A stretch of DNA of 64,000 nt from an uncultured Gammaproteobacteria bacterium (GCA_964650355.1 CAZYTL010000008.1:89-64088), one strand, 5' to 3'. Numbered from the stretch's first letter, positions 35,748 through 45,848 are shown. Made by a program: numbers and translations. Notes: a model not told the origin generated them from the letters alone.

Positions 35748-37640
35748 TTAGAAAGGTAAATCATCTCCAGAAATAGTCGGCTGGTAATTATCAAGAGAGT
35801 AGATGGGACTGCTACCATTAAGGTTGTTGATTAATTCTTCGGGTATATCAGTAATGAATCGGCTGATGGCGTAAGAAGTGCTGCGGCCAAAGTAAAGCCG
35901 GTGATAAGCGTAGGTGAGGTAAAGTTGTTCCATGGCCCTGGTCATGCCTACGTAGCAAAGCCGGCGTTCTTCTTCCATTTGGGTATGATCCAGCTGGCTG
36001 CGGGAATGGGGAAACAGACCTTCTTCCATGCCGATCATAAACACGGTGTTAAATTCCAGGCCTTTGGCCGCATGCACGGTCATGAGGGTAACTTTGTCAG
36101 TGCGCCCGGTTTCCAGTTCTTTGGTGGTTTCCTGCTCTACTAGAGCCACGTTTTCCAAAAACTGGGTTAGGTCAGGGAATCTGTCTGCCACGGACCGCAA
36201 TTCTTTAATGTTCTCTAACCGGGCAAAGTCATCCTGATCTTCGGGATCAAATCTCTCCAGATAACCGGTGGCATCCAGCACCCGGTCCATCAGCTCCTGA
36301 GTAGATGAGGAAGAAGAAGGATTTTCGTTTAACTTTTCTCTCCACCGGACAAAGGTTTCCCATCGGTGTTTGCCCAGCTTTTTGATTCTCTCCTCGGACA
36401 CGGTATCTTTGGGATTGGCGATCAGCCGCAGGTAGCTAATGATGTCTTTGATTTCTCTGCGTTGATAAAATCGGGTGCCTCCTACTAGGAGATAGGGGAT
36501 GCCACCGTGCAATAGGGCCTCTTCCATGACCCGTGATTGAGCGTTCGTCCGATACAAAACCGCAAAATCGCCATAAGTCTTATGTTGAGTTAGTAATTTT
36601 TCTTGAATAGAATTGACCACGAACCTGGCCTCGTCCAACTCATTCCGGGCTGGATAGACAGCGATTTTTTTTCCTGCTGGTTTGTCCGTCCACAACCGGA
36701 GCACCGGATGCAAAGTATTCTTTTGAATCACCTGGTTGGCGCCGGAAAGAATGTTTTGGGTGGAGCGGTAATTTTGCTCCAAATTAATGGTCACTAAATC
36801 GGGAAAGTCTTGTTTCAAATGCTGCAGATTACGGAAATCAGCACCGCGCCATGAATAGATGGACTGGGAAAAATCACCCACGGCCATGAGGTTTTTATGT
36901 TTACCTGCCAACAGTTTGGTTAACACGTATTGGGCTTTGTTAGTATCCTGGTATTCGTCGACCAGCACGTATTTAAGTTGTTGTTGGAAGTTGTTAAGAA
37001 CTGTAGGATGGTTTTGGAATAAATCAACGGTATAGCTTAACAGATCATCGAAGTCCACGGCTGCTGCCTGGCGAAGAAGTTTTTGGTAGGCCTGATAAAG
37101 TTCGGCAATGGTTTCTTGATATGAGGACCGGGCATAGTTAAAATAGTCAGCAGGTTTAATTAGTTCGTTTTTGGCTTCGGAAATGGCAGCCAGTGCTGAT
37201 TTCGGCCGAAATTTTTTGGCATCGACTTTTAATTTATCTAACGCTACTTTAATCAGAGTTTCCTGATCGTCAGCGTCATAAATCACATAATCGTTTTCCA
37301 AACTGATCAGCTGGCCATATTTGCGTAGGATGCGGGCGCAGAAGCTGTGGAAAGTGCCTCCGAAGACACTGGGTCTGGAAGCCGCCGGCCCTGAAGCGGA
37401 AAGAGATGACTGTCCGATTAGTTGTCTGACCCGTCCGAGCATTTCCTCAGCAGCTTTATTGGTAAAAGTAAGGAGGATGAGTTCGTGAGGATGGGCGAGT
37501 TGCTGTTCGATCAGCCAGGCCGCTCTGTAGGTCAGAGTCCGGGTTTTGCCTGATCCGGCACCGGCCAAGACCAGCACCGGTCCGTCTGTGTGGGTGACCG
37601 CTTGCTTTTGTTGATCGTTAAGTTGAGCTAAAATATCCAT
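35748..37640 (-). CDS. ATP-dependent DNA helicase, UvrD/PcrA/Rep family
   Basis: AGAGSGKTRTL (motif I), VDEYQDTN (motif II), and the remaining SF1 motifs. Confidence 0.9.
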   Translation of the reverse strand: MDILAQLNDQQKQAVTHTDGPVLVLAGAGSGKTRTLTYRAAWLIEQQLAHPHELILLTFTNKAAEEMLGRVRQLIGQSSLSASGPAASRPSVFGGTFHSFCARILRKYGQLISLENDYVIYDADDQETLIKVALDKLKVDAKKFRPKSALAAISEAKNELIKPADYFNYARSSYQETIAELYQAYQKLLRQAAAVDFDDLLSYTVDLFQNHPTVLNNFQQQLKYVLVDEYQDTNKAQYVLTKLLAGKHKNLMAVGDFSQSIYSWRGADFRNLQHLKQDFPDLVTINLEQNYRSTQNILSGANQVIQKNTLHPVLRLWTDKPAGKKIAVYPARNELDEARFVVNSIQEKLLTQHKTYGDFAVLYRTNAQSRVMEEALLHGGIPYLLVGGTRFYQRREIKDIISYLRLIANPKDTVSEERIKKLGKHRWETFVRWREKLNENPSSSSSTQELMDRVLDATGYLERFDPEDQDDFARLENIKELRSVADRFPDLTQFLENVALVEQETTKELETGRTDKVTLMTVHAAKGLEFNTVFMIGMEEGLFPHSRSQLDHTQMEEERRLCYVGMTRAMEQLYLTYAYHRLYFGRSTSYAISRFITDIPEELINNLNGSSPIYSLDNYQPTISGDDLPF

Positions 37641-37753
37641 ACATTAATCAGGAACGGTTAAAGGTGGACTCTGTTAATTGTGGAAACCCACCTTGCTCTG
37701 AGATGGAAGGTGTCAAAGGTGCGTAGCTTATTTTATCATTAGTAAAGTCTGGT

Positions 37754-38902
37754 ATGACTAAATTAAAAGTCAAATCCTATCAGCAATTATATTCCCGGAT
37801 CAAAAGACAAGTTTTTAGCCATCCGAAATTAGTGAGACTGGTCATTATCCTGGTAGTGGTGGCTCTGGGGAGTTGGGGTTTATATATCACTTTGGGTAGC
37901 AAGCTGAACTTGTTTGGTTTATTCCGCACATCCAGGACCATGGCGGAGAGCTTTGTTGATCCCACTTCTATCTTAGCTCAAACTAACGGCAGAACCAATA
38001 TTGCCATCTTGGGAATCGGCGGTGCCAGCCATGAAGCTCCTGATTTAACTGATGCCATGATTTTGGTATCCATAGATTTGAAGAGCAATAATGTTTTGCT
38101 CTTGCCCTTGCCCAGAGATATTTGGATTGCTTCTTTAAGAGCCAAATTGAACACCGCCTATCACTACGGGGAAATCTCTCAGCCTGACGGCGGTGGGTTT
38201 ATTCTCACCAAAGCCGCTATTAGTGAAGTGACTGATTTGCCGATTCACTATGCTGTGTTAGTAGATTTTAATGGCTTTGAAAAGTTGATTGATTTATTAG
38301 GAGGCCTTGATCTGGACGTGGAACGGGCATTTGTGGATGACCGCTATCCGATTCCCGGCAAGGAAAATGCTGAACCAGAGTCAGCCAGATACGAACAAAT
38401 TAAATTTGAGGCCGGGTGGCAGCACATGGACGGAGCCACGGCGTTAAAATACGTTCGCTCGCGCAATGCCCAGGGAATTGAAGGTACTGATTTGGCCAGA
38501 TCTGAAAGGCAGAAAAAAGTGCTGCTGGCCATTAAAGATAGACTGTTAACCACCAAAGTGATGTTTAATCGAGCTAAGCTCGAAGAGTTGAAAGCCACTT
38601 TAGGAGAGGCCATCAAAACCGATATTGATGCATCTTTATATCCGGCATTTGCCAGACTGGCGTTAAATTTTAAGCAGGAAAACATCACTTCTGCCCACCT
38701 CCCTATTTATTTGGAAACGGATAATGGAAATTCAGCTTCGGAATCCGCACTGTTAATTCACCCTTCCATTTCCGACCGATATGATGATCAGTGGGTACTG
38801 GAACCTAAAACAGGAGATTTTCAGCAAATTCAGAGTTATGTGCGTTGTTTGCTGAATAGGGGAGGGGACTGTATAGCCATGGTTACCAACACGGACCAGT
38901 AA
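37754..38902 (+). CDS. LytR-CpsA-Psr (LCP) family protein
   Basis: N-terminal TM, NIAILGIGG...DAMILVSID...LLPLPRD (LCP core). Confidence 0.85.
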   Translation: MTKLKVKSYQQLYSRIKRQVFSHPKLVRLVIILVVVALGSWGLYITLGSKLNLFGLFRTSRTMAESFVDPTSILAQTNGRTNIAILGIGGASHEAPDLTDAMILVSIDLKSNNVLLLPLPRDIWIASLRAKLNTAYHYGEISQPDGGGFILTKAAISEVTDLPIHYAVLVDFNGFEKLIDLLGGLDLDVERAFVDDRYPIPGKENAEPESARYEQIKFEAGWQHMDGATALKYVRSRNAQGIEGTDLARSERQKKVLLAIKDRLLTTKVMFNRAKLEELKATLGEAIKTDIDASLYPAFARLALNFKQENITSAHLPIYLETDNGNSASESALLIHPSISDRYDDQWVLEPKTGDFQQIQSYVRCLLNRGGDCIAMVTNTDQ

Positions 38903-38987
38903 TCTAGAGGTGACGGGCAAGGCCGTCATTCTGGAGGCCCGATAAACATCGGCCGATAGAATCCCCTAGGGTGAAACTAATTTCTAA

Positions 38988-39458
38988 ATGGATAAATATC
39001 CCGTGAGTATGAAAGCTAAAATTTTGGCGAAAAATATAGGAGAGTTCTATCTCACGGTGATTATTCCCCTACTCTACTTGGCAATCTGGGGATTGATTGC
39101 CAAAACTCCCAGCACCTTTCCCCTATCCTGGTGGCCCGTCATGCAGTGGTTCGCCTACTCTGCGAGCCGTTACGCTTCCCTATTTATTGCTGGCATAGGG
39201 GTAATTCTTTGGCTGTGGTCTTTTTATAGTTTACGGCACGAGTTCGGGGTTTTGCCTCACAGACCCAAGCAAGTGGTCACATCCGGTCCTTACAGGTATT
39301 TACGCCATCCCATGTATCTGGGAATATTTTTGACCTTTACCGGTCTGGCTCTGGCTAATCTGTCCGTCCCCGGCCTGCTGGCCAACTGGCTGGCCTTAAC
39401 TCCGATCAATTGGTGGAGAGGAAGAAGGGAAGGAAAGTTGTTAAGAGGGGTGCGTTGA
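38988..39458 (+). CDS. isoprenylcysteine carboxyl / phospholipid methyltransferase family membrane protein
   Basis: VTSGPYRYLRHPMYLG motif (ICMT/PEMT). Confidence 0.7.
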   Translation: MDKYPVSMKAKILAKNIGEFYLTVIIPLLYLAIWGLIAKTPSTFPLSWWPVMQWFAYSASRYASLFIAGIGVILWLWSFYSLRHEFGVLPHRPKQVVTSGPYRYLRHPMYLGIFLTFTGLALANLSVPGLLANWLALTPINWWRGRREGKLLRGVR

Positions 39459-39617
39459 ACCTATTGACTTTGGGGATAAAGTAGAAGAGATGCAGATCTA
39501 AGTCTGTTGGGCTCCAGAAGAGATTGACTGATAATATTTATTTACCGAGAAATTATTTTTTACTATGATGAAAGTGTTGGAGTAATTTGGGTTTGAAGGA
39601 AGTAGGCGAGTAATTGT

Positions 39618-40949
39618 ATGGCTAAAACCGTGACGGTTAATTTTCAGCTTTCGGACTGGCAGAAAAAACTGGAAAAGTTTATTCGGAAATATGAATGGTT
39701 AGTGGTCGGATTGGTGCTGCTAGCGGGCGCAGTGGTGAGGTTATATAACTTTGAGTACCGCATAAATTTCGGTCCGGAACAGGCGGATTCGCTGTTAACC
39801 GCGGCTAACCAGTTAAGGGACGGAATTTCCCTGTTGGGGCAGGATTATTTTGCCCGCAAGACTTCTTTCGGACATCAGTTGTTTGCTTCTCCCCTATTCA
39901 CCTACAGTTTATTTCCCTTGTTAAAAATTTTCAGGTATGACCCACAGTGGGTCACCGGTTATTTTGCCGGATTGAATTTGTTGACGGCCGGATTGTTTTA
40001 TTGGCTGGCGAAGAAGATGACCGGAATCTTGCCTGCTTTGCTGGCGTTGGGGCTGTTTTTGTTTGACAGCTATATAGTTTACCATTCGATGTTTATTTGG
40101 ATTCTGAATTACTTACCTTTGGTGGGGGTGTTGACGATTTGGGCAATTTATAAAATCTGGCCGTCGGGAAATGAACGGCAGAAATTGATTTGGTACTTGG
40201 TTCTGGGAGCGCTGACAGGAATCGGAGTGGGGCTGGAATACCTTTATTTGATTACCGGGCTGGTGGTGATGGGAGTGGTTATCTGGAGAAGTCACAACCG
40301 GGTGTTGGGGCTGTTATGTTTCTTTGGGGGTATGGGGTTGGCTAATTTGCCCACTTTACTTTTTGAGGTGAGGAATGACTGGTATCATACCCGCACTCTC
40401 TGGCAATACGTGATCGATACCATGAATTCTCCCGGGCAAAGCGCGATTACTTATTATCACTTTCTGCAGTGGCATCCGCTGCTGGCAGTGGCGGGCAGTC
40501 TGTTGTTGTTGAGGATTTCCGTTTCCAAATGGCTATTTTTAGGGCTGGCTTTGGTGTTTTATTTGTGGTTCAATATGAACTCTCCTTTGTTATCCTGGTC
40601 ATCGGCAGTAGGAATGTCCGAAGACTGGGACTATCCGAGATTAAAAGCAGCAGCTGAAGAAATCGTGGGCCGGCAGCCAACGGACTTTAATGTGGCCTCG
40701 TTAGTGTCCTCGGATACGCTGAGGGCTTATCCATTAAGATATTTGTTGACTTATCGTTACGGTCGGGATCCCCAATCAGTCACGGATTATCCCCGGAGCC
40801 AAGTTTTATATTTAGTGGCAACTGATAATTATTTTGATCAATCTGAATTTCCCTGGGAAGTGCAGAGTATACAGCCGTTTAAGATCACTTGGACTCACGA
40901 TCTGCCAGGGAGATACAAGGTGTATGAATTAGGAAGAGAGGAAGATTGA
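39618..40949 (+). CDS. membrane glycosyltransferase, GT39/ArnT-like (PMT_2)
   Basis: Multi-TM N-terminal region and C-terminal periplasmic domain, typical of dolichyl/undecaprenyl-phosphate sugar transferases. Confidence 0.5.
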   Translation: MAKTVTVNFQLSDWQKKLEKFIRKYEWLVVGLVLLAGAVVRLYNFEYRINFGPEQADSLLTAANQLRDGISLLGQDYFARKTSFGHQLFASPLFTYSLFPLLKIFRYDPQWVTGYFAGLNLLTAGLFYWLAKKMTGILPALLALGLFLFDSYIVYHSMFIWILNYLPLVGVLTIWAIYKIWPSGNERQKLIWYLVLGALTGIGVGLEYLYLITGLVVMGVVIWRSHNRVLGLLCFFGGMGLANLPTLLFEVRNDWYHTRTLWQYVIDTMNSPGQSAITYYHFLQWHPLLAVAGSLLLLRISVSKWLFLGLALVFYLWFNMNSPLLSWSSAVGMSEDWDYPRLKAAAEEIVGRQPTDFNVASLVSSDTLRAYPLRYLLTYRYGRDPQSVTDYPRSQVLYLVATDNYFDQSEFPWEVQSIQPFKITWTHDLPGRYKVYELGREED

Positions 40950-40997
40950 TTACATCTGGGACCTCCAAAGGCGAACAGGTGTTTATGCGTACCTTGT

Positions 40998-41672
40998 TTA
41001 GGTTTTGTTTGTATCTAAAACTAAAGCGTTATTTCCCCTTATTTTACTTTTAGTGGCCGGGTAACCTGATTTTTGAACCAGGTTTGTAGAATTTTCATTT
41101 GGTGCGATGAGGAGTAATTGTTGATGCTGAGTGCGACGGCAGATGTCAATGGCACCGTCTAAAAAAAGTTGTCCCAGCCCAAGATGGGTATGTTGAAACA
41201 TATTCAGTCTGTTTCTATCAACTCCCTGCTTCTCAAGCTCATCAAGAACCTGGCTATTTAATCGGCCTTCCCCTTTGAGGCGGTTTAGGATTCCGTTCCG
41301 ATGTTCTTTGTAGGTACTGTCAAATCCAACGCGTAGAGCCGCTAATGGCACTTTTCGATTCACTATCGTGGCATCTACTTTCTCCACTAATTTTAAGAAC
41401 AAAGGATCCGGTCTTGTGCTTCCATCAGGACTATCAATTCTTGCGACGGCTCCCATTCCTATATTATCACTACAGATCATGCTTGAGCCCTCTTCTGATT
41501 TTTGGTACCCAACAACCTCTTGAAGAAATATAAATCCTGTCGGTTCTAAAGCAGTATCTTGGCTCCCGAGGGAGCGGTCTTCAAATAATCCGAGACAAAA
41601 AACTCTCTTACGATTTGGTCTATCATCATATTCATTTGAATCAAGACTTACTTCTTTTAAGGCTATAGACAA
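40998..41672 (-). CDS. hypothetical protein
   Basis: 224-aa ORF with no confident motif. It is adjacent to the tRNA-Lys att-like repeat. Confidence 0.35.
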   Translation of the reverse strand: MSIALKEVSLDSNEYDDRPNRKRVFCLGLFEDRSLGSQDTALEPTGFIFLQEVVGYQKSEEGSSMICSDNIGMGAVARIDSPDGSTRPDPLFLKLVEKVDATIVNRKVPLAALRVGFDSTYKEHRNGILNRLKGEGRLNSQVLDELEKQGVDRNRLNMFQHTHLGLGQLFLDGAIDICRRTQHQQLLLIAPNENSTNLVQKSGYPATKSKIRGNNALVLDTNKT

Positions 41673-41909
41673 GGGAAGACCATACCCTGACCTGAATACA
41701 GATGGAAGTGGTATCGGAACCGCGGGTTAGGAGTTGGTGCCGCGAGAACACCACACCTCATCGAATAGTATTTCTGATGTTTTAATTTCAGGAGAGCCTG
41801 TTTCGCCCATACTCTAGATTATAATATCCGACATCCTTATTCTGGTATATGAGTTACAAATTGTCTTGATAAACGTGGGTAATGCATCATCAATGCTTTC
41901 CTTGATAAG

Positions 41910-41934
41910 AAATCCCGCCATTGTGGCGGGATTT
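41910..41934 (+). repeat. perfect 11-bp-stem hairpin (aaatcccgcca-ttg-tggcgggattt) running into TTTTT
   Basis: Read directly; it is followed by tt, so ttttt spans 41932-41936. Confidence 0.5.
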
Positions 41935-41939
41935 TTAGC

Positions 41940-41958
41940 TGTGAGCCGCCTGGGACTC
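41940..41958. repeat. 19-bp direct repeat of the tRNA-Lys 3' end (att-like), second copy at 42040-42058
   Basis: tgtgagccgcctgggactc occurs twice, 100 bp apart. The second copy is the intact acceptor/T-arm 3' end of tRNA-Lys. Confidence 0.6.
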
Positions 41959-42041
41959 CCTTCGACTTCGCTCAGGACAAGCTTCTCGTCCCGGTCTAAC
42001 TTAGCCATGCCCAGTGTAGTTTACGCTGAGCTTGTCGAAGT

Positions 42042-42114
42042 GTGAGCCGCCTGGGACTCGAACCCAGAACCGTCCGGTTAAGAGCCGGATGCTCTGCCAA
42101 TTGAGCTAGCGGCC
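42042..42114 (-). tRNA. tRNA-Lys (anticodon CTT)
   Basis: Reverse complement folds with acceptor stem GGGCCGC/GCGGCTC (one G·U pair), anticodon arm TCCGG-CTCTTAA-CCGGA, T-loop TTCGAGT, discriminator A. CCA is not encoded. Confidence 0.9.
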
Positions 42115-42149
42115 CCCTTTTATAAACATTTAAGAGAACAAGCTGTTAT

Positions 42150-42225
42150 CTGGTGCGCCTGGAGGGACTCGAACCCCCAACCTACTGTTCCGAAGACAGC
42201 CGCTCTATCCGTTGAGCTACAGGCG
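42150..42225 (-). tRNA. tRNA-Arg (anticodon TCG)
   Basis: Acceptor stem GCGCCTG/CAGGCGC, anticodon arm GCTGT-CTTCGGA-ACAGT, T-loop TTCGAGT, encoded CCA. Confidence 0.85.
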
Positions 42226-42404
42226 CAAGCTAAACAGTAGCCAAAACGTGGTGTTATCCCTTACTTTACAGGCCAATCATATTATAGCATTCTACCTCCC
42301 AAGTATCAGCTTTAGTTGTGAGCAATCAAAAAGCGTCGGTTTTGTTTCTTTGAGTTCAGTGGAGAGAAATGTTAGAGATCGACCGATATGTAATGAGAGA
42401 TTTT

Positions 42405-42950
42405 TTAGTCCAGCAATTTCTGAAATATAAAAATTACTTCTTTTGCCTGATGTTTATTTCTTAATTCAGATTGGAGTCTTTTTCCTGATTCATAATCAGT
42501 TACTTTCTTTCGGGATATTTCGTTGTGATGTGAATCAAGGGCCACTAATTCATAGGGAAGGTAATTATTTTTTAAATAAAAGTGCTCAACTTTACGATCA
42601 TCTGCCGAAACGACATCAACTTTTGAGAAACCTTTATTTTTGGTAATTTTTTCAAATTCGAAAATTAAATTTGATCCTATACCTTTCCTGGCATACCCCT
42701 TTGTCTGGTCGAGATTGACCGCAATGCCTTGCAAAATGACAGCACCTTCAATTTTTTCTGAAGGACGGCCATAACAAACCCCTATCAGGTTATCCTGGTC
42801 AAGGGCGACCAGATACAAGTCTGGATTTTGTTCGATTCTTTTAACAAATGATGCAAAATTCTCTTTATCTAAATATTCAGATTGAAAAGAGAGAGCTTCA
42901 TGATAATACTTTTTTGATAATGGTTTAATTTTTATGTTCATATACGCCAT
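42405..42950 (-). CDS. GNAT family N-acetyltransferase
   Basis: LQGIAVNLDQTKGYARKGIGSNL (motif A). Confidence 0.7.
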   Translation of the reverse strand: MAYMNIKIKPLSKKYYHEALSFQSEYLDKENFASFVKRIEQNPDLYLVALDQDNLIGVCYGRPSEKIEGAVILQGIAVNLDQTKGYARKGIGSNLIFEFEKITKNKGFSKVDVVSADDRKVEHFYLKNNYLPYELVALDSHHNEISRKKVTDYESGKRLQSELRNKHQAKEVIFIFQKLLD

Positions 42951-42968
42951 AAAATTATTTTTCAGGTA

Positions 42969-43808
42969 ATGAACGGAGAGTTTGAGACGATATGGATGCT
43001 TTTTTATTTTATAATCTTTAGTAGTTGTTTGAAATATATGAGCGAAACTGAATCTCTAGAAGGGTTGGAAAAAGAGAAAAGGAACGAACAAAATTCGTTT
43101 ATCGTGTTTAACGAACCTTTACGACCTGATGACGTTGATGTGGTTCTGGTTCCCTGCCCTTACGATGGCGGTGAAGAAGAAAGAGCTGAAATAGAAGACT
43201 ATTGGTCAAAGCAAAATGAAAAAAGAAAAGCTGAAGGTCGGGGTGAACGATATAATGGGACAATTATTGGTGTTGATGGCTATGTTTATGACGGAAAAAG
43301 ATTATCGGTAAGTCTATACGAAATAGATTATAAAGATCTTCTTGGACTGTGGCATCTAAGAAGGGCTTCTCCTCCTAGAAATGGTTTTACCACTGGATTT
43401 ACCAGAACGAAGGATGGCTACTTTGTATTAGGAACCAAACGTAAAGGTTCACGGATGGGTACCAAGGATGTTCCGGGAGGGATTTTAGAAAAAAGTGAAT
43501 CTCACACAATAACTGCAGGACAAGATTTGTTTCAGTCCCACCAAAACGAGATTGAAGAAGAATTGCCTGTAAGTGATGTGGCGGAGATGGAATTGATAGG
43601 GATAGCTAATAATCAACTATCGATTGGGCTTGTTTTTGAAACTCAATTAGATGTCGACGGGATGACTTTGCAAGAAAAATTTAGGGAGATTGAGAGAGAA
43701 GGAGAGTTTTCTGAGCTCCATTTGATTAACCAACAGCAAGCTAATGATTTTTTTGGTTCAAGTGATGAAGGAGAATATCTTAGATTTCTGGCTCCTTTTG
43801 CTGATTAA
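42969..43808 (+). CDS. Nudix-like hydrolase domain protein
   Basis: DVPGGILEKSE...ITAGQDLFQSHQNEIEEELPV resembles a degenerate Nudix box. An alternative start is ATG 43038. Confidence 0.45.
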   Translation: MNGEFETIWMLFYFIIFSSCLKYMSETESLEGLEKEKRNEQNSFIVFNEPLRPDDVDVVLVPCPYDGGEEERAEIEDYWSKQNEKRKAEGRGERYNGTIIGVDGYVYDGKRLSVSLYEIDYKDLLGLWHLRRASPPRNGFTTGFTRTKDGYFVLGTKRKGSRMGTKDVPGGILEKSESHTITAGQDLFQSHQNEIEEELPVSDVAEMELIGIANNQLSIGLVFETQLDVDGMTLQEKFREIEREGEFSELHLINQQQANDFFGSSDEGEYLRFLAPFAD

Positions 43809-43857
43809 ATGTCCTTTTCAAAAATCTGGAGTGAGCTTAAGATGAAGTCGGAAAGTT

Positions 43858-44136
43858 TTATTCCTGATTCCGAATATATTTATTCCAGTATATAAACATT
43901 CCGATTAGGTTACTAAACACGATTACCAGAACCCACAATAATTTATTCTCAGAATTAACTCTTTTATTTTTTAAGACGTGATAAATATAAAGTGGTTCCA
44001 GTAATAATAATATTAAACATGTAAGTAGACCAAGGAAGAAGATGAGTGGCAATGAGATTAGCCGGGGAACTGTAATCGCTATTAGGATATAAATTACCGG
44101 GAAAAAGGTTAATAAGGTTAAAAGTTTTATATGCAT
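43858..44136 (-). CDS. PLDc_N-domain small membrane protein
   Basis: LLWVLVIVFSNLIGMFIYW matches the PLD-nuclease N-terminal domain (PF13396) pattern. Two TM helices. Confidence 0.55.
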   Translation of the reverse strand: MHIKLLTLLTFFPVIYILIAITVPRLISLPLIFFLGLLTCLILLLLEPLYIYHVLKNKRVNSENKLLWVLVIVFSNLIGMFIYWNKYIRNQE

Positions 44137-44137
44137 G

Positions 44138-44224
44138 CGGCGGGGGAGGGATTCGAACCCTCGTGCCTCTTGCGAAGCGCACGGTTTTCAAGACCGGCCC
44201 GTTAAGCCGCTCCGGCACCCCGCC
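44138..44224 (-). tRNA. tRNA-Ser (anticodon TGA), class II with a long variable arm
   Basis: Acceptor stem GGCGGGG/CCCCGCC, anticodon loop CTTGAAA, T-arm GAGGG-TTCGAAT-CCCTC, discriminator G. Confidence 0.9.
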
Positions 44225-44272
44225 TACCTCTTAATTATAATATATAACTGAACTCAACCCAATATCTTGGCT

Positions 44273-45319
44273 TTAGGCGAAGTGGAGTTTGAGATGAGCG
44301 TAATTGGTGACGGTAAGCACAGCTAAGGCTAGCAGTCCACTCAACAGGCTCAGGTGGCCTAAAAACGAACCGAAGATGATGCGTATCAAGATGGTGTGCA
44401 TGAAATAGATTTTTAGTGAGTGACGGCCTAAAAAGTTAAACAGTTTAGTGGTCAGGTCGCTGACCACCAGCCGCGTTCGCAATCCCCAAATACAGACCAC
44501 TGAGGCGTAGACCAGCACGGGCAAGCGGGTAAATTTTTCCGCCATTAAAGGATCTCTTCCTGTAGTAATGGCCCTGGTAGCCGCCGTGATTAACCACAAC
44601 AAACTCATAAGCAGAAGCCATTTAAGCCAGGGTTGCATTTTTTTCCATGTTGAGGATAACTGGCGGGAAGCCACCAGCGTGCCCAAACCGCAGTAGCCCA
44701 GCCAGCCTAAGATGGGCAGATATTGCCAATAATCAGAGTGAGCTAAGCGGGGAAACCAGCTGGCGAGCAAGCCTGTCTGCAAAAGGAAAACATAGAGTGC
44801 TGAAGTTCCCCCGGTAATCATGATCAGCCAAAACCAGGCACGGTTTAGTCCGCGCAGCAAAGGATAAAGCAAGTAGAATTGAATGATTAAGGGGATGAAA
44901 TAGAATTGATAATCAGCCTGGCCCAAAAGAAAAACTGCCGGCCATTTGTTCCAGGGAATGTGTTCTCCGGTGGTCGACCATTCGGGAATCAACGTCAGCA
45001 ACAGGAAAATTGCTACTGACCACAAAATGTAAGGCGGGAGGATCTTGGTGAATCGTCTCAGGTAAAAGCCGAGTGTACTAAATTTGCGGTTTTGGTACTT
45101 GAGTCCCAGGCCCAGGGCGGAGAGAAACAAAAACATGGGTACGGAAAATCTACTCAATTGATCAAGGATAATGGCTAATTCTTCAGTGGGTTGATGGCGG
45201 GTAATGCTCCAAGGCAAAGCGGAAAGCGTATGCAGTAGGATGACGGCCACAATGGCGATGCCTTTTAGATTCGTGGTGCGCAGTCTGCTATAGGAGTCGG
45301 GAGTTAAGGAGGAGGCCAT
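44273..45319 (-). CDS. acyltransferase family 3 (OafA/YrhL-like) membrane protein
   Basis: ~10 TM helices and N-terminal GIAIVAVILLHT (Acyl_transf_3 signature). Confidence 0.75.
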   Translation of the reverse strand: MASSLTPDSYSRLRTTNLKGIAIVAVILLHTLSALPWSITRHQPTEELAIILDQLSRFSVPMFLFLSALGLGLKYQNRKFSTLGFYLRRFTKILPPYILWSVAIFLLLTLIPEWSTTGEHIPWNKWPAVFLLGQADYQFYFIPLIIQFYLLYPLLRGLNRAWFWLIMITGGTSALYVFLLQTGLLASWFPRLAHSDYWQYLPILGWLGYCGLGTLVASRQLSSTWKKMQPWLKWLLLMSLLWLITAATRAITTGRDPLMAEKFTRLPVLVYASVVCIWGLRTRLVVSDLTTKLFNFLGRHSLKIYFMHTILIRIIFGSFLGHLSLLSGLLALAVLTVTNYAHLKLHFA

Positions 45320-45359
45320 AAGGTGCTTAGTGAAGGGAGTTTAGCAAAACTACAACTTG

Positions 45360-45722
45360 CTAGATCCACTTGTCTTGAGCTGTTAGATTTCCGCCTGTAT
45401 CGCCAGTATTTACTGTTCCGACCGGTTCAACAAGGAGGATTTTACATTCTTGGGCAGCGAACGGTTTATGTTCAACTCCATTAGGAACAACAGCCATTTC
45501 GCCTTTCTTTAAGTTAACGCTTCCGTCTCTAAAATCTATCCGTAGTTCGCCATCTAAGATAATAAAAACTTCGTCAGTATCTTTGTGATCATGCCAGGTA
45601 AAATCTCCTTTAACTCTGGCCAGCTTAAAATGGTAATCATTCATTTGAGCGATAATTTTGGGAGACCATTGATCGGAGAATTTTTTAAACTTCTCCTGGA
45701 AATTAATGGCTTTTGTTTTCAT
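45360..45722 (-). CDS. cupin domain protein
   Basis: [15 protein letters not shown] ... [10 protein letters not shown] (cupin motifs 1 and 2). Confidence 0.7.
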   Translation of the reverse strand: MKTKAINFQEKFKKFSDQWSPKIIAQMNDYHFKLARVKGDFTWHDHKDTDEVFIILDGELRIDFRDGSVNLKKGEMAVVPNGVEHKPFAAQECKILLVEPVGTVNTGDTGGNLTAQDKWI

Positions 45723-45757
45723 GAAGATCAGATTTGTTTAATTAAACCGATAAGAAC

Positions 45758-45848
45758 TGGCGGAGGAGGCGGGATTCGAACCCGCGCGGGACTGTGACAT
45801 CCCTTCGGTTTAGCAAACCGACGCAATAGGCCTCTATGCGACTCCTCC
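45758..45848 (-). tRNA. tRNA-Ser (anticodon GCT), class II
   Basis: Acceptor stem GGAGGAG/CTCCTCC, anticodon arm TCGGT-TTGCTAA-ACCGA, long variable arm, T-arm GCGGG-TTCGAAT-CCCGC, encoded CCA. Confidence 0.9.

Noticed and set aside
35500-35751. 83-aa ORF in the 320-bp intergenic region upstream of the membrane-protein gene
   Set aside because: It has Cys/Ser-rich low-complexity composition and no RBS. I treated the region as a non-coding leader or ncRNA candidate instead.
41814-42008. 64-aa ORF (MAKLDRDEKLV...) downstream of tRNA-Lys
   Set aside because: It spans the perfect hairpin and the duplicated tRNA 3' 19-mer, and it has no RBS. It is more likely non-coding att/terminator DNA.
42264-42300. 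TATAAT-containing promoter for the tRNA-Arg/tRNA-Lys pair (minus strand)
   Set aside because: There is a perfect -10 hexamer but no convincing -35 at correct spacing, and it lies ~56 nt from the mature tRNA 5' end. This is too weak to annotate.
43964-44218. 84-aa ORF on the minus strand
   Set aside because: It lies entirely over tRNA-Ser(TGA) and its flank, so it is a spurious reading of a structured RNA gene.
45585-45797. 70-aa ORF on the plus strand
   Set aside because: It overlaps the cupin gene in antisense and runs into tRNA-Ser(GCT). It is not coding.
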